A program made the translations under genes and the position numbers. Of a stretch of DNA of 64,000 bases, positions 40,301-49,100 are shown piece by piece. The notes below the pieces were generated by a model. The model did not search any database and had not been told where the DNA came from. It was given only the letters and a program-made list of their open reading frames with translations. This DNA is from a virus. The stretch spans positions 1-64,000 of IMG/VR virus record IMGVR_UViG_3300042691_019356. One strand, 5' to 3'. The number at the start of each line of letters is the position of its first letter. The stretch's first letter is position 1.

Positions 40301-42283
40301 ATTGAGCTGACCGGACGTGTTGCTGATAACACACAGGGGCTCCTGTATTCCTGAGCTGTGGCGGATTTCCCAGCTGGAAACAGGTTCAAACCTAATCTCC
40401 CAGCGGCGGGAGGTTTTCATCTCAAAGCGAATGGAGTTAAACGTATTATCTTCTGAGCTACCACGAATACCCCAGGTGCCGTTGATAACGGTCCAGGTTC
40501 CACCGTTGGATCTGTACCAAATACGGAAAAAACTGATTCGAGTCTCGGCTCTGGTAACGGTTCCCGACTGAAAATTAGTAACACCAATCTTGTCGTTCTT
40601 GTCGTATGTCTTGCCTTCGTACTTCAGTCCAGCGTCTTGATTGATCTTAATCAGGCTTTTACAATCACGCAAATTTGCAAAGCCATTAACACGAATTCCA
40701 ACAGTCGATCGAATTCCTATTTCAAATAACCTGGAGGAACGAGCAAGGGCAACCGTTGCCACGGCACAACGGAAAATCTGAGGAAAGTCGCTGCAAGTCC
40801 TGAACTCATTCGGAATACCAAGATTATTCAGGCTTGAGCTTCGATTCCATTGCGGAGGTTCAATGGTTTGACCCGAATACGAAGGATTGATGTAGTCATT
40901 ATTGGGAATGCTGTCAATACTTCCAGCCTGAATAACACGGAAGACGTATTCCATCGTCTGTCCATTGCCTTCTGGCTCGTTGTCGGCGTTTGACACAAAA
41001 ACCTTGTCGCCGGGCTCGCGTTCAACCAGAACAGCAAGACAGGATCCGCAACGATAGACCTCACCGATAATCAAAGCTTCATCGGCAGCTCGCTGCTTTG
41101 AAGCTACGGTGCTGGCGATGTCACCACAGGTAGCCTCGCCATCTGACTCGGATGACGTGTTATCCGTGTTTTCCGAGCTAAATCGAAACTTTGTTTCTCC
41201 GTCAGATCGCCTGTCAAGCGTATAGCGAAAACGATCACCAGGATTCAAGTTCATAGAACCCGTGCTGGTGGAGATAATCGCTCCCCTCAGCGAGTAGTGA
41301 TAGCGAGCCTTCCAGTGTTCAGCAAGGGCTTGCGGATCATCATCGCAGTCAACTTGAAACTTTTCTCCATCGTCCTTCGACTTTGTGGTTACACGAATTG
41401 TTGGACGCAGCCTGGGATTGACCCTATAAGCCATCCGGTTGGGGATGTGTGCATACAGGCCAAAGGTTGTTGAAGTAGAAGGTTTGGTTGAGTAGCAGAA
41501 ATGCTCCTCATATTTGCCATCGTTGTCCTTGATGGCAAACACGGTGGAACCACCATAATTGATGGAATTGCCAACGTCATTGCCAGGAAGTCGGCCAAGA
41601 TAACCATGGGCATTTGTAATTGGTCCGCCAGTCAGGTTTGCGTAAATAGTCGCCCGAGATACAAGCTGTCTTGCGCCCTGATCAACAATTTCATAAGTGC
41701 CGAGCGAGTTATCGCCAATGGCAAAGCCAGTCGTATCAAGAGCGCCAATCGGACCTTCGCCAAGCAGGAAGATCGCTCGCAGGTACTGCGATCCCCGGTA
41801 CGTGACCATCTGGCTCCAGATCAGGCCCAGATTGACCCGCACGCCGCCATAGGTGCCCGCTGGCCTGGGAGGGGTGACCTGGGCCGGCAGGGTCTGGCGA
41901 CGCGCCCAGATCACCGGGATGGTCGAGCCGAGGGAGCTGGGCTGCTGAACAGAGTCGAAGCCGACACGAGGAGCTGTGCGATTGGCAACTACAACGTTTT
42001 CGCCCTGCTTGTCAGTTGAAGTGAGGCCGCCTTTACCAGGCTCGGGAGCTTTTGGCTTGAAGAAAGACGCAGCAATGGTCAGGCCAATGCTGATAATGCT
42101 TGAAGCAAGTGCAATGATTCCCAGTGCCGCACCAGCTTGTGGCTGCGATGGATCAATCTTTACTTTGCTCTCGATCTCAACAAGAAACTTCTTGTATTTA
42201 GCAGCGGCTACAACAGGATCATCGTCCGGCCACAGCATGGCCGCCAGATAGCGATCCGCAGGCAGCATCGGCTGCTCAGGCAT
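37304..42283 (-). CDS. J-like central tail / host-specificity protein with two C-terminal LamG-like domains, 1659 aa
   Basis: ATG 42283 has an 8-nt overlap (ATGCCTGA). Size and position after the tape measure fit a J-like protein. The C-terminus carries LLLHMDG...IDEVRLTKG and LFLMHCNG...IDEFRVMTG modules. Confidence 0.7.
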   Translation of the reverse strand: MPEQPMLPADRYLAAMLWPDDDPVVAAAKYKKFLVEIESKVKIDPSQPQAGAALGIIALASSIISIGLTIAASFFKPKAPEPGKGGLTSTDKQGENVVVANRTAPRVGFDSVQQPSSLGSTIPVIWARRQTLPAQVTPPRPAGTYGGVRVNLGLIWSQMVTYRGSQYLRAIFLLGEGPIGALDTTGFAIGDNSLGTYEIVDQGARQLVSRATIYANLTGGPITNAHGYLGRLPGNDVGNSINYGGSTVFAIKDNDGKYEEHFCYSTKPSTSTTFGLYAHIPNRMAYRVNPRLRPTIRVTTKSKDDGEKFQVDCDDDPQALAEHWKARYHYSLRGAIISTSTGSMNLNPGDRFRYTLDRRSDGETKFRFSSENTDNTSSESDGEATCGDIASTVASKQRAADEALIIGEVYRCGSCLAVLVEREPGDKVFVSNADNEPEGNGQTMEYVFRVIQAGSIDSIPNNDYINPSYSGQTIEPPQWNRSSSLNNLGIPNEFRTCSDFPQIFRCAVATVALARSSRLFEIGIRSTVGIRVNGFANLRDCKSLIKINQDAGLKYEGKTYDKNDKIGVTNFQSGTVTRAETRISFFRIWYRSNGGTWTVINGTWGIRGSSEDNTFNSIRFEMKTSRRWEIRFEPVSSWEIRHSSGIQEPLCVISNTSGQLNRTVVNDGIIIEWNGYNRDRNWRSFNIPRLETSENIGIPKTDDNTYVDDWAMIAEAFSYQEIQTTAQNGPEHEIVYVNTISENSTDPTYDRIATIGLNIFASTEFNQLPQFSGYVTAGTKARRLLGSDAFESTNLFPDILRAYLTTDQYGLGEIIGDSLIDAQSFFDAADWCQKRRYFYDAVDAQRVNSIQFAADIAAYHLLELSQRGGKFALSPALIFPEDGPVPIRALFTAGNILENTFRLQFLEESERQPIRVSAKWREERQRFDLTSTGFFPVEREVFVQEAGQSDSDPIESIDLSAFCTNAEHAIDVCCYLIRMRRLVTHSIAFSTTPDGLGAGLAAGDYIKVAMDLSYYDQFSHGVILADGTVLSTRSDLLTPGTHEVTAWDGASDFVESLTVSVDSEGKASPAGIVFAKKTAVTETRTYKIEKITVSEEGTIEIEAVHHPTDENGLSEIAKNWTTYQTDSNWIIEGNENEADACTCPLISGVSSPGNVLTVGDVVCKSGTATKIGVQWYRSGAVIVGANTSTYTYSTLDVGETVYADVVYQTQLGVTGTCRVYADASAAVTGEVVLLLHMDGDHNSVAFIDSSPYEHSTFFGILNTSQGGVYSGCRIVRNMSRFGGSSSTFYSSTFGGPYPTPTFTHPTAFAIGYAESFTMECWIYATAGLGTLFSCFGFTVTISSGSQPPIIVQAAFPNNSWSITSGNLALSQWRHIAVVRNAGAVTLYVDGVSAASGLAPFSSTNTTVTVGKISGFIDEVRLTKGTAVYTSSFTPPTASFLPAAPVSYPTESVLFLMHCNGVEGSTDLINNSAYTNDDQFGGVVAGVNYLTAAQSVFGGSSLRMSGTASIIYYYLPNILTNDFTIDLWIRPTVKNGYIFTKFGSGQFDGVGGALRFMGRDWENPANGAVVTINTWNHIAVTREGLNTYTFINGILANTYTDTAVYSLTDNFNTSGMYIGGLSFNQATYNGYIDEFRVMTGKAEWTASFTPPTQPYSNPTN

Positions 42284-42668
42284 AGCCCAGAACCCGGTGG
42301 TAGGTGGTGTCGGCAGGCAGGGCGAACAAGGGGAGGGCCGTGACGCCCCTGGAGTGCAGGGGAACCAGCAGCAGCCGGCCGGGAACCACCGTGCCGATCC
42401 CCAGGCCCTCCTCGGGGCTGTCCAGCAGGGTGATCGACCACGGCTCAGCCTTCGGTAGCTCCTCGGTGTTCCGGTAGAACGCATCCCGTAGGGGCTCCCA
42501 GCGGCCAGCGCGGGCCAGCTCGATCCAGTCGTCGATCGGTGGCGGGGTCTGCCCAGCGTCCTCCAGGAGGATCCTGGCCATCACCAGGCAGCAGGCGGCG
42601 TGCCCATCCCGTGGATCAGCGCCGATCTCATGGGGAAGGCCAAGCCAGGAGTGATAGATAGGTGCCAT
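42276..42668 (-). CDS. minor tail protein, possibly NlpC/P60-like, 130 aa
   Basis: It occupies a position like lambda K. A weak Cys/His pattern is present (GHAACCLV and PLHSRGV). Confidence 0.4.
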   Translation of the reverse strand: MAPIYHSWLGLPHEIGADPRDGHAACCLVMARILLEDAGQTPPPIDDWIELARAGRWEPLRDAFYRNTEELPKAEPWSITLLDSPEEGLGIGTVVPGRLLLVPLHSRGVTALPLFALPADTTYHRVLGYA

Positions 42669-42680
42669 GAGGCAGCCTAA

Positions 42681-43163
42681 CTACGAAATGACGATTTGCC
42701 CAGTTGGTGGAATCGCGCCAACCATTGAACGTGTAAGAATTCTGCCAGGGATTTCTTGTCTGGCAGCATTCAGTGGTGAAGAAAGCGTGATCGTGGGACG
42801 TTCAAGATCGTTGGAGCCGCCAGTGCAAGCCCAAACCTCGGAAGCAATAACAGTAGATTCCGTGAATGCCGTGGCCTCTGCAACAATGATGCTGACAGTT
42901 TTAACCTCAAGCAACCAACGATTCAGGATTGCCTCAGAAAACAGAGGAACAGTGATCTCGTTAGCAGTTGCAATCAGCGAAGCTTGGCCGCTATCGCCAT
43001 TGCGGCTAGAAGATAGACCAGCAATACCATAGGGGCCAAATAGGTACTGTACTGAATCAAAAGTTCTCGTCTCTCCGACAAAGAAATTTTGGTAGCTCCT
43101 GCCAGCAATGTAGCTGCCAGTGCGATCAAGGAATCTTGCATAGTGAGCAAAGGCGACAGCCAT
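42681..43163 (-). CDS. minor/distal tail protein, 160 aa
   Basis: It is immediately downstream of the tape measure with a TGATG overlap. Confidence 0.5.
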   Translation of the reverse strand: MAVAFAHYARFLDRTGSYIAGRSYQNFFVGETRTFDSVQYLFGPYGIAGLSSSRNGDSGQASLIATANEITVPLFSEAILNRWLLEVKTVSIIVAEATAFTESTVIASEVWACTGGSNDLERPTITLSSPLNAARQEIPGRILTRSMVGAIPPTGQIVIS

Positions 43164-46100
43164 CAGATCGCAAGCCTCCTGCGGGTTGGGACGGAACCGC
43201 GAATGCCTTGGTAGGACAGCGCTTGACCCATCTTCGCAGCCTCTTGCATTCCCTTGCGATGCTGCTCCATCGTAACGTACTCAACACTGTTGATAACAGT
43301 AGACTCAGAGCGAACATCAATGACTTGCGGTTCCATCGACTGGCTACCAGAATCGGCCGAGCCAGACATAGCAGCCCGCTGCTGCTCAAGTGAAGCGCGA
43401 GTGGCAGAAAAGACGCTTGAGGAATCTGCACTGCCGGAATTGGCCTCATCGCCTTGAGCGGTCGAGCTGCTTTCGCCGGGCAGTGGCCTACCAGGAACAT
43501 ACAGCTGGTCAACAGGAATGATTGTGCCGGCGCGATCGGGCCACCACAGCTCGGGACCATTCTCACCAACCCAACTGGGCTGACCCATTGGTGGGCGACC
43601 ACCTTCGGCAAATCCCTTGAGGCCAAACAATTTGCCAGAGCCGTAAGAAACTTGGGATATAGCGCCAAAGATGCCGGCTAGGCCCATAAGAACGTTGTAA
43701 GTGCCGCCTTTCTTCATTTGCTGGACACCAGCAACGCCCATGGCAATACCACCAAGGATTTGTATGCCAGTGCCAAGCTTCTGACCGATCATCTGAAGCT
43801 TGCCGATATTTTCTTCCTCTGTGGTTATCCTGCTGTCATAAGCAGCTTTAATTTTTGCCGCACCTTCTTCGCTGGCTACAACAGCAGAAGAGAAAATTTT
43901 ATCGCTAGACTCTAGTGTATTTACAAACGAAATACCAAAATTACTTGCTGTATCAGAGGCAAATAAAACATTATCACTGAAACTCTGCAGTTTTACGGTT
44001 GCGTTGTCGCTTGCCGCCTGCAGTGAAGCAGTGCTCCACGGACTGCCGGACTCCACTGCGGCAGGCGGCGTGTAAAACTTGATACCGCTAAGAGTCGCTG
44101 GCTGAGCTAAGGCCTCTACCGAGGATTGTGTATTGCCGGAAATGCCGCCAGCAATTATTGCAACATTTTCTTTAATGCTTTTAACATTAACATCAAGACT
44201 TGACAGTGGTGCAACCATTGGATCGCCCGGTTGCTCAAAGCCAAGAAACTTAGTAATACTACCAAATATCTGATCTTGAATAGGACGCATTGTGATCTCA
44301 AGCAATATATCAATTGCCCTGGAGCTAATGCCCTCACCCCACTTGGTAAGCGCATCTGAAAGATTGCCAGTCTTTAGCAATTCGGCATTAAAGCCAATAA
44401 AAGAATCAGTCCAGGCCCCAGCAATGTCTTTAACGCGCTCAAGCTGCCTAATTTTTTGATTTAATAGGTCAATAGCCTTTGCTGTTTGCAGAATGCCATC
44501 AGCCTGGCCACTATCATTTTGAATACCCTTTGTAGCAATTTCTCTTAGAGCTTTTTGATACTCCGTCAGCCCGCTAGTGCCGGCAAAAATTTCAACAATT
44601 CTATCCTGTGCATCCCTCAGTTTATTATTGTAATTCGCCTGAAGCTCATTGATTTTAGCCTGCTGCTCTGCTTGAGTCGTCAGATTTTCAAGCAAATTAC
44701 GCTGTTCTTCGCTCGCTTGTTTGTAGAGAAGGGTTGTTTTTAGTATTTCACTATTAGATGCCTGTAGCTTGCCAAGCTCCAGCGCAGCAGCCTCAACTCT
44801 ACCAACAGCAACCTTTTCTTGAAGTTGAATAATTTCAGCGCGAGCACGCTCTAGACCCTGCAACTGATTAGACAGTTCAAGATTTTTGCGTCGCTGCTCC
44901 TCCTCCTTCTTGGCAATGCCAATTGCAAGATTTGCTTGCTCATTGACTTGCTTAATTAAATCAGCATTTCCACCATATTCTTTCTTAAGCTTAGTAATTG
45001 CATTAGTGCGATCTTTTTCAAGTTGCGCCAGCCGTGCAGTTGCCTCAGCTTCAATATCAGCAACAGAAGCAGCATTGTCACTAAGGTTGAGAATTCGCTT
45101 TCTTGCTTCAAGCTGTTGCTGCAATACACTTCTTTGTTGCTGAAGCTGTGGAAGTTGATTATCTTGCAGAATGCTTTCAATCTGCCCAAGCTCTACACCC
45201 TTTTGCCTGAGCTTAATTTGCTCCTCAAGAATGCGCTGCGCTTCCTTCATGCTGCCAGTCATTGCAGCAAGAACAGCTAGTCGCTCTTTGTTTAATGGAG
45301 CAGCCGCTGGAGTTGGGCCAAGCGGTGTTTCACTATATTGCGGTTGAGGTATATTGCTAATCTGTGTTGAGCCCATCATCTGGGTATTTCTTGCCGTTGC
45401 GCCAGGCGCAGAAACCATATATCCGCCAGCTCCACCAGGATTAAATCTGCCGCCAAATTCCTGCCAGCTCATCTGGCGGTTCCAGGGCTGCCGCCTATTC
45501 GGATCAAAAAGTGATATACCCTGATCGTTCATACCAGAAACATACACCCAGTGGCCAGATGTAGTGCCGGAGTCTGACGTAATACCAACACCAATAGAGC
45601 GACCTGCTGCATATTCAGCTCGCAAATCGCTAATTCTCGCTGATGTGGTACCACGCGCACTGACGCCAATGCTTTGAAGCGCGGAAATTTGCGCTCCCAT
45701 GGACGTAGTATCGCCAAAGCGCTTTCGTGTTTGATTGTAAACATCATCTGGAATGTTCACACCCTTTGATCCACTGGCAATCATTGCAGAAACAGTGGTA
45801 AAACACTCTCTCCATCCCTGTCCACCAGCATTGTCAAGCTGACTCTGCCATGCAACGCCAAAGCGATCAAGCAGCTGCCCACCCTGAGCAGTTTGATTGA
45901 CGCTAGAAACTGCAGATCGTGGCATCAAAAGTGCATTTGCACTTGCAAGTCGTTGACCCGTTGCTGCCTCGGAGCCACCGGGAAGGGATGTCCAAATCCT
46001 GTTCAGCAAACGATCAAGCCCAGCAACGTCGCCAGCTTCAAGCAAGCTCTTTGCGGCTGGGCGCATGATAATTGCAAACTCTTTCGCGGCTTGCGCAGCT

Positions 46101-49100
46101 GTCGAGAAATCACGCGACAGCATTCGCGCCGCAACATCACCTTTGCCAATATCATTCAGCCACCGCTCGGTTTTTGGAATGAGTTGGAAGAATCCACGAG
46201 CGTTACTAGATGGATTTGTCCAATTCTTGCCACTGTTAGATTCCAGTTCAGCAAGTCGAGCGAAATATCCGCTATTTGCGCCAGACCCCGTCGCTCCACC
46301 ACCAATGCCACTCATGTCAGGCAGCGTCACTGCTTGACGCATCAGATCGGCGGCTTCCCTTGCACGCGCAAGCACGTAGTCGGCAACCTGCATCTTGTAA
46401 TCTTCGACTGAACGTACATAGGAAAGCTTCCTACGTTCAATATCTTCAATCTCGCGTGCGGTTGTGCGCTTGTAGTCCTCAACGTCTCGATTAAGCTTCG
46501 CAAGTGTAAGCTCAAGCTTTTTGCGAGATTGCTCAATATCGGCCTCGCCCTCTTTCCTTGTACGCATAACTTCGCGTACATTCGTCAGTAATTGCTGCTC
46601 AAAACCAACAGCTGAAGCAAAAAGGGCGCGAGCATTAAGATCGCTATTTTCAATGCGATTTTGAGCAGCCGCGCGATTATTATCAATTACGGATTCCGCA
46701 ACTTGTTGGCGCAAGTCAAAAATTTCACGCTCTTTTTTATACGAGTAATCAGCAACATCCCTGTTGAAATCAGCGGCCTCGCGCTGCAGGTCATACGCCT
46801 GACGCTGAAGATTAAAGGCTTCGCGGTAAGCGGATTTAACTTGATCAGCGATTCTCCTCGATTCGCCAATACGGGTCGTTTCAGCTGCAAACGCCTCCTG
46901 TGGATCAATAGGTGGGCGTACGTCGATAGGCGTGTTAGTTGCCGTTCTTGCGCCACGTCGGGACGCCATATCAATTGCAACTGCAGCGACCGAAGCTCCA
47001 GGAACCGGCGCAAGTACAGACTTGCCAAGAGTTTCAAGAATTTTGCCAACAATTGGATCGTTTGCTGCAGCGCGAGCGGCATTCAAAATACCATTGATGA
47101 CTTCAGTAAAGCCAACAAGCACTGGAAGCAGCTGCCCCTGAATTACTCCAGTGATAGAAGACCACTGCTCCTCCAGTTTCTTTTGCTGAACCTCAAGTGC
47201 AACAAGATTGCGCACACCATCAGCCCCAAGTCTCTTTTGCACCTCACGAAGTACAAGAGTTTGCGCATCATAAGCTCGGCCAAGTGATTGCAGTTGCTGA
47301 ACTTGAAATTTCAGTGTGCTACCGACCTTAATTCCACTCGTTTCAAGGGCCGCAATAGCATCATTCGGGCTCTTAAGCCCAGCAGCAAGAGTCTTGAGAT
47401 TTTGAACTGTTGTATCAACGGCACTACCAATTGCCGTGCCGACCAGTGACAGGCCAAAGCCCAGCATCCCACCGGCAAAGCCACCAGCAGCACCACCAAT
47501 CAGGCCACCAGCAGACGCCCCAAGGCCCTGGCCGAACAGAAGTGGGAAGGCACCACCAATTAGGCCCTCGGACACCGCACGGCCGCCCCTGGTGCCCAGT
47601 CGGCGGGTCAGGAAGTCGGCATTGGGATCCCTGCGCTGAATCTGATCATCAAAACGAGCGATAGTTTGCCTGAGCTGTTCATCAAGTCGCTCAAAGTTTG
47701 CATCTGTTGCATCAATTGATGCACGAAGATTGGTGAACTCTTCAATGCTTGCTCTAATTGCATTAGTCGAAAGCCTGGAAACATTTCCAAGATCAGCAAG
47801 TGTAAGTAGCGCCCGTCTTGCACGATCAGCGGCGTCCTGCCCAGGTGTTGGAACACTTCCACCAGCAGCAGCTGCGGGAGTGCGAGGTGGTGCGCCACCA
47901 GTACCACCAGCTCCCATGATTTCAGCCGCTCTCTGATCAGACCTTGCATAGGCAGCTCTCCTCGCTTCCTCAAAGCGAGCACTCGATGCCGTCATTCCAG
48001 CTGGCGGAAGTGCTGGCAGTGCTTGGGCTGGCGGCAGCGCAAGTCTGGCCTGTGTCTGCGGCCTTGCAATTTGCTCGGCCATAGACGCAAGCTGCCTGTA
48101 ATTTGCAAGCGGTCCGATCCATGGATCGCCAGAAGTCATCCCAGACGGCAGCAGGGCTCCGGCAACCCTTGAGCCTGGCAACTTAATTTGACCAGTTGCT
48201 TTAATAATTGAATCAATAAATTGCTGATATTCCTTGCTTGTGGTCCGAAGCGACTCGCCAGCACCATCAAGAATTGTCTGCAGCTCGACAAAAAACTGCT
48301 TATAGTCAGCAACAACAAATTCCCACGGATCGGGAATATTCATTTGTGTTACTGTTTTTGCCGACAACGCTTCTGGCGAAACGTTGCTGGCGTTATTGAT
48401 GGCATCGCTCCACGTATTGAGCAATTCCATCATTGCCGTCATTCCAGCATTCTGCGGAAGTGCAGGAAAGTTGCCACCACTGCTTGCGCCAAAATCAAAA
48501 ACACGATTCTTGCCGCTATTGAAATTGCGAGAAAGATTGCTGCCGTAGGAAAAAGCAGGCTTGACAGGATAGAAAGACTGACCAATGCCAAAAGTCTTTT
48601 CTGTGGTAGATTTGATTCTTGGGAATGCTTTTTCAAGCTGGCTAATGTAGGTATTGATGAGGTTATTTGCCATCTCGATCATAAATCGAGACGGACTTGC
48701 AATACCAAGACCTTTCTTGACAGCCTGCCTAAAAGCGCTTGTCATGTCGCTTGCAGCAGTAGCAGCTTTGCTAGCTCCCGACTTGATGCGATCAGTAAAA
48801 GTATTGACGACATTATTGGCAGCGCTATCAACGCCAGTTTTGGCGCCAGGAATTTGCTTATTGACAGTGCGAACAAGCTGATCAATGGCCTGCTCTGGCG
48901 AAAGATTGCCGAGGTAGTCAGCCCTTTGCTTAGGCACGTCAGCAATTTTCTTCAGGCCAGCAGCAAAAGAGTTGTCCTTAACAGATTGAGCAGCAAGACT
49001 AGAAATAGTATTCTTCAGGCCGGCAAGACGATCCCTAAGATCATCAATTGGTGTGGCTGTATCACGAGCTTCTTGGGAAATTTCAGCAAGTGCATCACGA

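Noticed and set aside
35219-42283. A diversity-generating retroelement acting on the fibre genes.
   Set aside because: No reverse transcriptase ORF is present, and I saw no template/variable repeat pair by eye.
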